64,000 bases of DNA, taken from NCBI GenBank assembly GCA_963725665.1, contig CAVRZA010000003.1, forward strand, positions 1 to 64,000. Direction: 5' to 3'. Of this stretch, positions 45,719-56,342 are shown one piece after another; the first letter of the stretch is position 1, and each line of letters opens with the position of its first letter. The DNA comes from an uncultured Actinomycetes bacterium (GTDB lineage: Bacteria; Actinomycetota; Thermoleophilia; UBA2241). A program made the position numbers and the translations under genes. The notes under the pieces are model-generated. The model made no database searches, was not told where the DNA came from, and saw nothing but the letters and a program-made list of their open reading frames with translations.

Positions 45719-47213
45719 TCAAGCGTCGCGTCGTGCTTGGACGTCGCTGAGAAGGTCCGACATGCGGCTCAGCTCGGTCAGCTCCTTGAGCCTTCCCAGC
45801 AGTAGGCGTGTCGTCTCCTCATCAAGAACGCGCCGAGAGAGCTCACGAAACTTGGCCTCAAGCTCCCTCGGCGTGAGGGGGTTGTCAGGATCACCCTTAG
45901 GTGAGTCGACTTCGGCTGTGACTGTCGTTCCGTTCACGGTGTCTACCTCGACCCATGCCGCCCAGCGGCGCGGGTAGTCGGAGTCGAGGGATCGGATCGA
46001 CGTCGAAGCTCACCTTGGCCATGAGGTCGACGAGGCGCGGTTCTGCGAGAGCGGCAACATTGAAGCTGTCGACCTGCAGTCGTCCGCTCAGCGCCGCCTG
46101 GGCCAGGCAGAACGGCAGGCTGAACTTGGCCGCCCACGGACTGGACGGCGTCACATCTCTCAGAAGATCGAAGGCGGCCGAATTGACATGCGCGTGGATC
46201 GCCTGAATGTCGCCCGCGAGAAGGGAGTGCTCCTTCATGGCGAGAAGGAGCGCGTCGACGGCGGGGTGGGTGTGGCGGCACGAGGCGTGGTATTTGACCG
46301 AGACTTCGGGCGTCTTGAAGGTCGCGAAGCGCCAGGCGGCCGAGTCCCCGGCAGACGACTCCTGGAGACCTTCCATCAGGTGGCTACGCTGCTCCCGGCG
46401 CAGCGTCTCCCCATCGGTGCCCGACTCGAGCTCGTCTCGAGCTGTGGCCGCTAAGAGCGCCTTCTCACCGAGAAGTACCTCGGTGGATCCGGTGAAGCCC
46501 TCAGCCGCAAGATAGGCAGAGAGTGTGCCGTTGAAGGCAGCTTTGGCGGGATGAAGCTGTTTCGACATCGCGCCGTCGGCAAGGAACTGCCACAGTCCCG
46601 CCGCCTGCGTCCCGGCGCTCCCGAGAGCAGACAGCATGTCCTCGCTGCCCAACCCGAGGATGTGGCCCGCGGCGACGGCGGCGCCGAACGTCCCTGCTGT
46701 GCCGGTGGTGTGGAAGTAGCGGTAGTGCTGTGGACCCAGGGCCTGGCCGATGCGAAGCGAGACCTCGTAGCCTGCCACCGAGGCAGTCAAGAACTCGCGT
46801 GGGCCGACCGCCTCTGCTTCTGCGACTGCCAGTGCCGCGGGGAAGACACAGGTGCCCGGGTGGTAGATGGATCGGTTGTGAAGGTCGTCCATCTCCTCGA
46901 CATGACTCGATGCACCGTTCAGCAGCGCCGCGACGAGCGGAGGTCCTTGGGCCAGCTGAGGCAGGACGGTGGCTGTCCGCCTGCCATGGCCGGGGCTCCC
47001 GGCCTCGGCCTTCTCCAGGCCTCCGTGTGCCAATGCGCGCAAGAGAAGTGCGGCTTGCGGCGACCTGCATCCGGCCAACGCGGAGCCGACCCAGTCTAGA
47101 AACAGCGCCTGGATGGCCGCGATCACATGGGGCGGGAGTTGCTCCCAGGTCAATCCGCTGGCGGCGCTGGCGAGAGCACGCTCGGGTGCGACGGGTCTGC
47201 TTCGTCGGTCCAT
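45719..47213 (-). CDS. MmgE/PrpD family protein (frameshift near 45990)
   Basis: NGASSHVEEMDDLH, HPG, FHTTGT, SKQLH, KYHASCRH, KFSLPF; KGDPDNPL in a shifted frame. Confidence 0.9.
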
Positions 47214-47265
47214 TTCTTCGCCTCCCGCTCGTTGGTCAGATGTTGGCTCGCTCACGGCCTGAGCC

Positions 47266-48969
47266 TCAGTACTTGCGATCTTGAGGAGGGAACCGTCCAA
47301 GCGTGACCGGGCGGTAGTCAAGGAGGGGCCCGCCATCAGTGTGATGGGCGAGGGTGTGCTTCAGCCAGTGCGTGTCATCTCTTGCGGGGTAGTCCGTGCG
47401 CGCGTGAGCTCCTCGCGACTCCTGTCGCGCAAGAGCACCCAACGTCCCTGCAAGCGCGACCTCGGCCATGGCGAGCAACTCGAGGGTGCGTACGAGATCC
47501 ACGTTGAAGAGCAAAGATGAGCACTGGAGGCGAACCCCTCCGCAGCGCTCTCGCAACTCGCGCAGCCTCGAGACTGCACCCACGAGCTCAGCTTCATTGC
47601 GAAAGACCTGTACGGACGCGTCCATGACCCCGGTGAGCTCGGCACGCAGGACGCCCACCGTCTCCGTCGCGGTACGGGAGAACAGCTCCGAGATTCGCTC
47701 TTCGCAGTCTCGCACAGCCTCCTCCACATGTTTGGACCCGGGCGCCGCGCCGGCCTGGCGGACGAAGTCCGCCGCCGCCAGGCCGGCGCGGCGGCCGAAG
47801 ACGAGTGTCTCGAGGAGCGAGTTGCCGCCCAGGCGGTTGGCCCCGTGAACCGAGACACACGCGCACTCGCCGGCTGCATAGAGGCCGCGCAGCTCCGTGG
47901 CGCCATCGGCATCCGTGTCGATACCGCCCATCGAATAGTGCTGTCCCGGCTGTACCGGGATGGGATCGTGAACTGGGTCGACGCCGGCGAAATGAAGGCA
48001 CAGATCCCGGATGCCCGGCAACCTCTCGGCGATCACCCGCGGTCCCAGATGGCGCAGGTCCAGATGGACGAACGCCTTGCCGTCGATGCCGCGACTGTGG
48101 TCGATCTCGGTCTGGATCGAGCGGGCCACGACGTCGCGGGGCGCCAGCTCCATCGAACTCGACGCGTAGCGTTCCATGAACCGTTCGCCGTCACGATTGA
48201 GCAGGTAGCCCCCCTCGCCGCGGCAACCCTCGGACATGAGGATGTTCGTGCCGATGAGGGTCGTCGGGTGGAACTGCACGAACTCCATGTCGCACAGCGG
48301 GATTCCGGCGCGGTAGGCGAGGACCATGCCGGCGCCGGTATTGATGAGGGCGCTGGTCGAACGCCCGTAGACACGCCCGGAACCACCCGTCGCCAAGAGC
48401 ACGGCGCCGGCCGAGAAGCCCTCGATGCCTCCGCCCCGCAGGCTGTAGGCGACCAAGCCGATACAGCCCTCATCGTCTGTCACGAGTCGCTCGACGAAGT
48501 ACTCTTCGTAGACCCGGAGTCCCGCGGCGAGCGCTTGCTCATAGAGCGTGTGCAGCAGGTAGTGACCGGTCTTGTCAGCCGCGTAGCAGGCACGGGGGTA
48601 CTGCGCTCCGCCCAGGTTGCGTTGGGCGATCGTGCCGTCCTCATTGCGGCTGAACGGCGTGCCCCAGTGTTCCATCTCGTAGATGCGCGCCGGCGCATCG
48701 CCGCACAGCACCTCGATGGCGTCTTGGTCGCCTAGGTAGTCGGAGCCTTTGACGGTGTCGAACACGTGTGCAGCGATGCTGTCGCTCTGCGCCTGCGGCT
48801 GATTGCGCAGGCAGGCGTTGATGCCGCCCTGCGCCGCCCCTGAGTGTGATCGGATTGGATGGACCATCGATATCAGGGCGCAGTCGACGCCCAACCGCGT
48901 AGCCTCGATCGCGGCGCGCAAGCCGGCGAGGCCGCCGCCCACGATCAGCAACCCGTGCCGATGATGCAT
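47266..48969 (-). CDS. Succinate dehydrogenase/fumarate reductase flavoprotein subunit-like
   Basis: GGGLAG, RSHSGAAQGG, QFHPT, EGCRGEGG, HYSMGG, HGANRLGGNSL. Confidence 0.92.
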   Translation of the reverse strand: MHHRHGLLIVGGGLAGLRAAIEATRLGVDCALISMVHPIRSHSGAAQGGINACLRNQPQAQSDSIAAHVFDTVKGSDYLGDQDAIEVLCGDAPARIYEMEHWGTPFSRNEDGTIAQRNLGGAQYPRACYAADKTGHYLLHTLYEQALAAGLRVYEEYFVERLVTDDEGCIGLVAYSLRGGGIEGFSAGAVLLATGGSGRVYGRSTSALINTGAGMVLAYRAGIPLCDMEFVQFHPTTLIGTNILMSEGCRGEGGYLLNRDGERFMERYASSSMELAPRDVVARSIQTEIDHSRGIDGKAFVHLDLRHLGPRVIAERLPGIRDLCLHFAGVDPVHDPIPVQPGQHYSMGGIDTDADGATELRGLYAAGECACVSVHGANRLGGNSLLETLVFGRRAGLAAADFVRQAGAAPGSKHVEEAVRDCEERISELFSRTATETVGVLRAELTGVMDASVQVFRNEAELVGAVSRLRELRERCGGVRLQCSSLLFNVDLVRTLELLAMAEVALAGTLGALARQESRGAHARTDYPARDDTHWLKHTLAHHTDGGPLLDYRPVTLGRFPPQDRKY

Positions 48970-49226
48970 GCCCTAGGTCTCCTCTTGCCCTTCATGACCG
49001 GGTAGTCCAGAGACAGTCCTGCCTCGGGGCGGCCAAGCAGTCGGCGACGAACGGCCGCTCGCTTGAGCCACTTGGTCCCCTCCGTCGGGTTGAATCCTTT
49101 CGAGCAGGCCTCGCCGTTCGCCCCTCAGCCGCAAGCTCCGGCTTGGCGGCAGTATACGATTTCCACGACCTCATGGTCCAGCTTGGCCGTAATCGTGCTC
49201 AGGACACAGGCCGAATCCTTGACGAG

Positions 49227-49247
49227 GTTGCACAATTGCATACAATC
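49227..49247. promoter_or_regulatory. Putative GntR/FadR operator
   Basis: GTTGCACAATTGCATACAAT, AT-rich near-palindrome between the divergent sdhA-like and gntR genes. Confidence 0.45.
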
Positions 49248-49294
49248 CAGCGTAGAACACCGTGAAACGACACTGCGGCAGAGATGGAGGAGTT

Positions 49295-50032
49295 GTGTCC
49301 ACCGGCGTGGCCGAAGTCGCCGTCCGCGAACGGATCGCCGCGGCGATCGCCGAGGGCGAATTTCCCCCTGGGACCCAACTCGTGGAGAGTATGCTGGCCG
49401 AACGATTCGGGGTCAGCAGGAGCCCGGTTCGCGGCGCTCTCCGGGCCCTCGAGGGTGACGGGCTCGTCGTCCACTATCCGCACAGAGGCGACTTCGTCGC
49501 GGCGCTCTCTCCCTCCGACATCGAGGAGATCTTCTATCTGCGCGAGGTGCTCGAGATCGCCGCCGTGCGACTCGCCTACCGGCGCATCCCCGCGAACGAG
49601 CTGCGCGATGTCGAGGAGGTGCTGGAGTCGCTATCGCCCGAGGACAGCCCGCGGGAGGACTTACTCGCCAGCGACGACGCTCTCCACGATCTGATCGCCC
49701 GCAACTCGGGCAACGGCCGACTGCGGTACGCGTTGAAGCAGCTGAGCGCCCAGATCCAGTTCACCCGGCGCACGTCTATGTCTCGAAAGAGCAGGCTGGC
49801 GGCGAACCTCGCGGAGCACAAGGAGCTCGTAGCGGCTCTCAAGCTGGGCGACCTGCCGCTCATCGAAGCGCGCCTGCGTGTGCACCTGAAGGCGGGCAAG
49901 GAGAGCACGCTCGAGGCGTGTCGCTCGCTGCCGTTCTCACGAGAGGATCGCCAGTGGGGCGCGAAGTCGGATCGCGGGCGCCGGCGACGTGCTCGCGGCA
50001 CTGGCGCAACGCCGCAGGGCAGGGAAGGCTAG
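49295..50032 (+). CDS. GntR family (FCD) transcriptional regulator
   Basis: GEFPPGTQLVE..LAERFGVSRSPVR; FCD His motifs. Confidence 0.92.
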   Translation: MSTGVAEVAVRERIAAAIAEGEFPPGTQLVESMLAERFGVSRSPVRGALRALEGDGLVVHYPHRGDFVAALSPSDIEEIFYLREVLEIAAVRLAYRRIPANELRDVEEVLESLSPEDSPREDLLASDDALHDLIARNSGNGRLRYALKQLSAQIQFTRRTSMSRKSRLAANLAEHKELVAALKLGDLPLIEARLRVHLKAGKESTLEACRSLPFSREDRQWGAKSDRGRRRRARGTGATPQGREG

Positions 50033-50044
50033 GAGGCGGTAGCT

Positions 50045-51400
50045 TTGAGTGTCACGAGAGTCCTCTCGCCGACGGCGATCCTCGGATACGGGTTCCCGGT
50101 CGAGTCGTTCCGCGAGGGCATGCGGCGCGCCCCGCACGTGATCGCCGTCGATGCAGGCTCGACCGATCCTGGGCCATACTACCTCGGAGCCGGCAAGCCC
50201 TTCACCGATCGGGACGCGGTGAAGCGCGACCTCCGGCTGCTCCTGGAGGCCTCTCGTTCGGCTGAGATACCGCTGCTTATCGGCACGGCTGGTGGCAGCG
50301 GCGGCGAACCGCACCTCGCGCGCGACCTCGACCTGCTGCTCGAGGTCGCGCGCGAGCTTGGCGTTCACTTCACGCTGGCCGTGATCCATGCGGAGGTTGA
50401 TAAAGACCGGGTCAAGCGGGCGCTGAGGTCTGGGCAGGTGAGCGGAATCGGGCCGACCCCCAAGCTGACCGAAGCCGCCGTTGAGGCTTCGGTGCGCACC
50501 GTGGGGCAGATGGGTGCCGAGCCGCTGATCGAGGCCCTCGAATCGGGTGCCGAAGTCGTGTTGGCCGGCCGTGCCTACGACCCGGCCGTCTTTGCTGCCG
50601 CCCCGCTCACACGAGGTTGTGCTCGAGGACCTGCCATCCACCTCGGGAAGATACTCGAGTGCGGCGCCATCGCCGCCACTCCCGGCAGTGGCAGCGACTG
50701 CCTGTTCGGCTATCTCGATGGTGATTCGTTCGAGGTCGAGCCGCTCAACCCGGAGCGTCGTTGCACTGTGACATCGGTGGCTGCGCATACGCTCTATGAG
50801 AAGTCGGATCCGCTGACGCTGCCGGGTCCGGGCGGCCGGCTGGATCTGCGCCAGACGAGCTTCGAGCAGGTGGAGCCGGGCCGGGTCCGCGTCAGCGGCA
50901 GTCGCTTCGTTCGCGGCGATGGCTACCAGGTAAAGCTCGAAGGTGTGGAGAAGGTCGGTTATCGAACCCTGTCGCTCGCCGGCTGCCGAGACCCTTTCAT
51001 GATCGCCGCGATCGACGACATCGTCGAGTCGGTCACTCAGCGCGCGCTCGACAACTTCGAGATGGATCGTGATGACTGCACGCTCAGCTTCAAGCTGTAC
51101 GGCAAGGACGGCGTCATGGGCCCCCTCGAACCATGCCGCGAGCATGTCCCTCTCGAGTTGGGCATCGTGATCGAAGCAGTCGCACCCACTCAGCAGATGG
51201 CAGACACGCTCTGTTCATTTGCACGCTCGACGATGTTGCATTGCAGCTATCAAGGGCGAGTCGCAACAGGCGGAAACCTCGCCTTTCCCTACTCGCCCTC
51301 CGACCTGCCGGCCGGCGAAGTCTACCGTTTCAGCATCTATCATCTGATGAGCGTGAACGACCCCTGTGAGTTGTTCCCGATCGAATACATGGCGGTGTGA
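50045..51400 (+). CDS. AtuA/DUF1446-like protein
   Basis: LGYGFP, DAGSTDPGPYYLG, GKILECG, AHTLYE. Confidence 0.8.
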   Translation: MSVTRVLSPTAILGYGFPVESFREGMRRAPHVIAVDAGSTDPGPYYLGAGKPFTDRDAVKRDLRLLLEASRSAEIPLLIGTAGGSGGEPHLARDLDLLLEVARELGVHFTLAVIHAEVDKDRVKRALRSGQVSGIGPTPKLTEAAVEASVRTVGQMGAEPLIEALESGAEVVLAGRAYDPAVFAAAPLTRGCARGPAIHLGKILECGAIAATPGSGSDCLFGYLDGDSFEVEPLNPERRCTVTSVAAHTLYEKSDPLTLPGPGGRLDLRQTSFEQVEPGRVRVSGSRFVRGDGYQVKLEGVEKVGYRTLSLAGCRDPFMIAAIDDIVESVTQRALDNFEMDRDDCTLSFKLYGKDGVMGPLEPCREHVPLELGIVIEAVAPTQQMADTLCSFARSTMLHCSYQGRVATGGNLAFPYSPSDLPAGEVYRFSIYHLMSVNDPCELFPIEYMAV

Positions 51401-51430
51401 GGTGGCTGTGCATCAGCCGGGGGCCCGGGC

Positions 51431-51784
51431 GTGAACGATGACAACAGTCAGCAGGAGGCGATACCCATTCTCGATCTCGCTCACGTCATCCGCAGCAAGA
51501 ACAGCGGACCTTATGAGCTCACCTTCGACATCGTGTTCAAAGACCCGACCCGCTACCAGCTCGCTGTCACGTCGGGCATCTTCACCCCGGAGCTCTTCGC
51601 CCGGATCTATGGCCTTTCCGTCGACCAGGTGCTCAACGTCGTCTTCTTCGCGCAAGCCTGTGCGATCAAGGCCACCATTGTGAGGCCGCTAGTCTCAGGC
51701 GACATCGGCGAGAGGGACGTCTACGGAGCCCAACAGCATGCGCCGCTCTTGAGCATCATGGTCCCCGTGAAGCCAACCTCGTGA
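51431..51784 (+). CDS. DUF4387 domain protein
   Basis: IRSKNSGPYELTFDI, DVYGAQQHAPL. Confidence 0.85.
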   Translation: MNDDNSQQEAIPILDLAHVIRSKNSGPYELTFDIVFKDPTRYQLAVTSGIFTPELFARIYGLSVDQVLNVVFFAQACAIKATIVRPLVSGDIGERDVYGAQQHAPLLSIMVPVKPTS

Positions 51785-51852
51785 GGCTCGTGCGAGAGGC
51801 CGGAGGCCGAACAGCCCTCCGGCCGGCAGCCCGCAAGCAATAGCCCCGTGGG

Positions 51853-53595
51853 CTAGCGGCCTCCGCCCCTATCTGATTGCTCGAAGGCAAGGAGCAATCC
51901 CAGGGCGACCCCGTACCGGGGTCCATGCGTCCCGTCGATGTTGGCCGTGCCGACGATGGTCTCCAGGTGCTGTACCGACTCACCCACGATGCGGACCGCC
52001 TCCGCATCCAGTGCGGCACCCCCGGATAGGAGGAGTGTGCTGGGTCTTCCCTTCAGCCACCTCAAGCACCTAACGACGTTGGCTCCGATCACTCGCTGCT
52101 TGATGGCGAGCCGCAACGGTCTCCATTCCTCGGGCGCCAGTCGATCGGAGAAGGGAGTGGGCGTCGCACCCCGCAGGAAGCACAAGCGACCGAGCGCGGC
52201 TGCGGGTAGCGGGGTCTCTACGAAGGACCTGCTTCCGTCCTCATAGTGCACCATGTGAGGCGCCTCGACGCGCAGGGAGACGAACTTCTTCACCGATTCG
52301 CCTACTCTCTTGCGCAGACCCAGCGCCTTCGCTACTGACACCGTCAGGAGCTCTCCGGCGCCCGCGGCCGTGATGCGCTGGTCTCCCCACACGAGATCGA
52401 TAGTGCCTCCGCCCATGTCGCACACGGCCGCGTCCTCCGGGGCGCCCGGCGTGGTCAGGGCTCCGAGGGCAGCAGCCTCTGCTTCAGACGCCATCACGTG
52501 GACCGGGCGTCCCGCCGCTTCCGCCAAGACCCGTTCCGGGCGCGATGACGAAGGGGGCGCTGACACAAGCGCGGCGATCGGCACCTCGGCGAGCTGGATC
52601 GATCCCTCTCTGGGGAGGAACTGCCCTCGTATCGACGGCAAATCGACAGCGAACACGTCGCGGATTCGTTCCTGGACACCCCCGAGCGCGTCGCAGAGAG
52701 GCAAGCCTTTGGGGACGTGGACCCTGCGCACAGAACCGGGCCGCAGAGAATCGACATGCTCCAGCAGGCGATGGGAGAGGGGGAGCCGGCTCACGACTCC
52801 GTCTCCCTCATACTCGAGCCATCCGGTCTCGCTGCTCTCGATGTGGTGCTCGACATCTCGGCACAGGGCGAGAGCAGCGCATCGCGCGTCGGCGAGACCC
52901 AGTGTCACATCGTTGAGCAAACGAGCCTGCGTCGGCGCGAGTCCGAAGGCGGCGACCAGGGCCACGGGATCACCCAGGACCTTCACGCGCGCGCCTGGGC
53001 CGGCCACCTCGACGGCGATCGGTTCGCCGGCCTGCAGGCCGACCACGTCAGCTTCGTCGACGATAGGGATCGTCCGCGGGATGCGATTCGCGATGAGAAC
53101 GGCATCGTCGCCCGCCACGACGGCTGCCACAACCGGCAGCTGCATGGCCAGAGCCTGGGAGATCGTGTCGGCGGCCTCCTCGAAATCGGTCCTGGAGGGC
53201 ACGGAGACGATGAGCGATCCACTCCGCCCAGCGTGGCTTCTGAGATCACGGAGAGGCACATGGAAGCCGGCCGCGAAGCCGATCCCCGCGGGCGTGCCGG
53301 CAGACGGATCATCCAGCCGCCGAAGCAGGGGCGAGCCGCCGGAATGAGAGGGCAGCGAGGCCGAGAGCGTGATGACGGGCTGGAGCGGAGGCAGGAGCAG
53401 AAGCTCGGACCTTCTTCCCATCGCCTGCTCGGCGCGTAGTACAAGGCGCGCGGCATTCCTCACTGAGTCGTCGCTGCCTTTCCCCCCGACGGTCCAGGCG
53501 CGCCGAGCGATCAAGGTCGTGACCGACCCGCGCTCCACTTCGGCGATGAGAACCTCGGTCGTCGTGTTGCCGATGTCAACGCCGGCGACGATCAT
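51853..53595 (-). CDS. Diol dehydratase reactivase alpha subunit-like
   Basis: IVAGVDIGNTTTE, GALTTPG, DMGGGTID, GPRYGVALG. Confidence 0.9.
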   Translation of the reverse strand: MIVAGVDIGNTTTEVLIAEVERGSVTTLIARRAWTVGGKGSDDSVRNAARLVLRAEQAMGRRSELLLLPPLQPVITLSASLPSHSGGSPLLRRLDDPSAGTPAGIGFAAGFHVPLRDLRSHAGRSGSLIVSVPSRTDFEEAADTISQALAMQLPVVAAVVAGDDAVLIANRIPRTIPIVDEADVVGLQAGEPIAVEVAGPGARVKVLGDPVALVAAFGLAPTQARLLNDVTLGLADARCAALALCRDVEHHIESSETGWLEYEGDGVVSRLPLSHRLLEHVDSLRPGSVRRVHVPKGLPLCDALGGVQERIRDVFAVDLPSIRGQFLPREGSIQLAEVPIAALVSAPPSSSRPERVLAEAAGRPVHVMASEAEAAALGALTTPGAPEDAAVCDMGGGTIDLVWGDQRITAAGAGELLTVSVAKALGLRKRVGESVKKFVSLRVEAPHMVHYEDGSRSFVETPLPAAALGRLCFLRGATPTPFSDRLAPEEWRPLRLAIKQRVIGANVVRCLRWLKGRPSTLLLSGGAALDAEAVRIVGESVQHLETIVGTANIDGTHGPRYGVALGLLLAFEQSDRGGGR

Positions 53596-53631
53596 CTCGG
53601 GCTCCCGGTGCGGATCCCAGCGCCCCGCGGC

Positions 53632-54000
53632 TCAGCTCAGCCGGTGCAGTCCACGTCGCCCGTAGACCGCCGAGGCTTCCCTCACGAGCGCCGCGCACAA
53701 CGGTGCGTTCGACGCCTCGAGACGGCGTGCGATGGCCTCTAGCTGCGCGAGCGACGCCCGGCCGGGTCGCAGCGCCTCGTAGATGGCGAGGACCTCTGCG
53801 TCATCGAGAGCCGTGAGCTCAGCGGCTCGTCGCAGGTTCTCGGCCAGCCGCGCGTTGCCGTGTTGTTCCGCGACGAGCGCCTGGTGGCGGAGCGTGTCGG
53901 GGTGGATCCTGAGGTCGTCCGGCGACAGGCTCCCGTGCGCTGCCGAGTCGATGGTGATCTCGGAGAGCGGGCGACCGGATAGAGCGTGAGCGTCAGTCAT
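53632..54000 (-). CDS. B12 diol/glycerol dehydratase small subunit
   Basis: DLRIHPDTL..LAENLRRAAEL..IYEALRP; ATGA overlap with the large subunit gene. Confidence 0.92.
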   Translation of the reverse strand: MTDAHALSGRPLSEITIDSAAHGSLSPDDLRIHPDTLRHQALVAEQHGNARLAENLRRAAELTALDDAEVLAIYEALRPGRASLAQLEAIARRLEASNAPLCAALVREASAVYGRRGLHRLS

Positions 54001-56276
54001 TTGACCACCCTCAGATTGACCGGCGCGGCGCCTGGTACGCATTCGTCGCGCTCGATCGCCATCATCGCGACGACTTCGGCGTGGTAGCGCGCCTCGATCG
54101 CTTGCTCCGTGTAGGGATTGCGTATGGGAACGGGCCGCAGGCCCTTCGCGTGCCGGCCGGCGTTGGTGCCCAGGGCTCGGTACATCTCCTTCGTGACGAG
54201 CGGGGCGATCGAGTAGAGCTCGAGGCAGGCGAGAGGAGGAAGGTCACGGCGATGGATGAGAGCCGTGCCTTTCGCCTGAAGGCCGACACCGATCCCCGAG
54301 CCGGCCAGGCGCGCCCCGGTCAAACCGACCATCCCCAGGTCGATCGTCGACCCCACGCGGACGAGGCGCGCGATACATCCCTCTTCTTCAAGGCCGGCCA
54401 GGATCTGCCGCAGGACCTCTCCCACGGGCAGCCCCGACATCGTGATCCACAGCTTCGTGGCCAGCGCCGGAGACACCCCAACGCAGACCTCACGGGGATC
54501 GACCCCCAGCTCCGCCTCGCCCTGTTCGATTAGGCGAACGTGGCCCGCCCAAGTCGCCTGTTTCCTCAGCAGTTCCTCCCTGGACCGTTGCTGACGGATG
54601 CCGGCCATCTCGGTCCGCCGCGCCGCCGTCACCTCGTAGCCCGTCCCAGGCCCCTGGTAGTCGTTGGGGTCCGTGATCTTCGAGAGGACGTTCATCTCTT
54701 CGTCGAAGATGGCCGCCGTCTGCAGGTAGTCGCCGGCGACGCGTGCTCGCCCCATGGCGAGCACGCGTCGCGCCTCCTCCCGGAATCCGGTGCGATCCAG
54801 GGCGCGAACCACGTCGAGGATGCCCAGCTCCTTCTCCCGGATGGCATCCGCGGCCTCCAGCACGATCCCGGGGTCCAGCGGTGGCAGATCTTTCGAGCCT
54901 TCCGCGGCCACGACGGCGGCGACGTGGTCGTCTGCGAAGTCGGCCAGGCCCAAGTCGCGGTAGACGGCCTGCACGGCTTCGGCAGCCCGTTGCCGCACCT
55001 CGCGAAGCCGCGCCTCATCCACCGGTCTTAGGCCGCCCTCGACGCCCCAATCCCTCTGCATGACGAGGTAGTCGTCCAGGTCCTCGCCGTTGAAGTTGGA
55101 CGGGCCGAACATGTTGTCGTAGCGCACGATCGAGCCGAAGCCCGAGAACAGGAAGTCGGATCCGGCTAGGACAAGGGGCACCGTATGGGCCGTTCGCCTC
55201 ACGTCTGATTCGGACACCTGACTGTCGTTCCCCGAACAGGATTCGAGGTCGTGAAGCATCACGAGCAGGTTCTCGGCCAAGAGCTCGCGCATGCCGTCGG
55301 GAACCGAGGCAACCACGCTGGCGCCGTCGATGCCGCCGTTTTGCACGCCCTGGGATCCCATCGCCCGAGCCAGCGCGACGCACCTTGACTCGAGGTAGCA
55401 CATCGACTTGCCTTCGGCGGCGCCCATGAGCACCTCCGCGCCGCCGCCGCTCGTGACCCTCATCTTGAGACCGCGAGAGGCGTACGCAGAGCAAAGGAAG
55501 GCCTTCGACCAGGGTGTGTCGTCACCGTCGACGAACACCTGCTCGGTTCCGTACAGGGAGACGGTCTCGGCATACATGGTGAGGCCGCGGAGGCCAAGTT
55601 CGAGCTCGAGGGCCTCCTCTATGGAGCACTGGGTGAGCGCGCCTGCGGCGCCGACCTGCGACCCGATGAGCACGGCGAGAGCGTTCGAGGGGGCGTCCGC
55701 CAGGACGGGCACCGTCGTCTCGAGCTCCCTGAACCCGAACGCGACCGCCGTTGCGGCGTCGGCTGCCAGAAGGAGAGGGTCATCGAGCCGGTTCGTGACG
55801 TGCGCTTGGATCGATGGTGTGCGTCTGACCCTCATCTTCGCGATCGCCATCTGCAGCTCGACTGGGCGGAGTCGCGCCACGACACGTGCCAGCTTGGCCG
55901 GCGTCGCTCCTCCGGCGAGCCGTGCAACCTCCTCGCGAGGCGTCGAGGGGTCGACGATCAGTCGCGCGAACGCGATGTCGGCAAGGCCGTTCGCCTCGAT
56001 GGCGACCGATGTGTCGATCCCGTGGTCGGCGATGTAGGCATCGACGATGTCGAATCGATCCCTGGGCACGCCGTCCAGGAGCACAACGTGGCCCTCGGCG
56101 TCGATCTCTATAGAAGGATCGGGGTCGTGCCTGCTTGCGAAAGCGACGAGGCCCACGTCGTCATCCTCTTGGGAGAACCCGTCGAGGTTGACCGGTCGCT
56201 TGTCGAGCCCAAGAAGCCGGCCGAGCCTGAAGGCGGTGTCTCCGTCTCCGCTGGCTGTCGCGTGTCCTTTTGCCAA
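53997..56276 (-). CDS. B12 diol/glycerol dehydratase, fused large and medium subunit
   Basis: RPVNLDGF, QAHVTN, YAETVS, DGDDTPWSK, then medium-subunit GLEEEG..GSGIGVGLQAKGT. Confidence 0.93.
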   Translation of the reverse strand: MAKGHATASGDGDTAFRLGRLLGLDKRPVNLDGFSQEDDDVGLVAFASRHDPDPSIEIDAEGHVVLLDGVPRDRFDIVDAYIADHGIDTSVAIEANGLADIAFARLIVDPSTPREEVARLAGGATPAKLARVVARLRPVELQMAIAKMRVRRTPSIQAHVTNRLDDPLLLAADAATAVAFGFRELETTVPVLADAPSNALAVLIGSQVGAAGALTQCSIEEALELELGLRGLTMYAETVSLYGTEQVFVDGDDTPWSKAFLCSAYASRGLKMRVTSGGGAEVLMGAAEGKSMCYLESRCVALARAMGSQGVQNGGIDGASVVASVPDGMRELLAENLLVMLHDLESCSGNDSQVSESDVRRTAHTVPLVLAGSDFLFSGFGSIVRYDNMFGPSNFNGEDLDDYLVMQRDWGVEGGLRPVDEARLREVRQRAAEAVQAVYRDLGLADFADDHVAAVVAAEGSKDLPPLDPGIVLEAADAIREKELGILDVVRALDRTGFREEARRVLAMGRARVAGDYLQTAAIFDEEMNVLSKITDPNDYQGPGTGYEVTAARRTEMAGIRQQRSREELLRKQATWAGHVRLIEQGEAELGVDPREVCVGVSPALATKLWITMSGLPVGEVLRQILAGLEEEGCIARLVRVGSTIDLGMVGLTGARLAGSGIGVGLQAKGTALIHRRDLPPLACLELYSIAPLVTKEMYRALGTNAGRHAKGLRPVPIRNPYTEQAIEARYHAEVVAMMAIERDECVPGAAPVNLRVVK

Positions 56277-56342
56277 CCGATTGCCCTCAGCGCTTCTGGC
56301 TATCGCCTTGCGACCTCGCCACGGTCACGGACGTGGGCAAGG

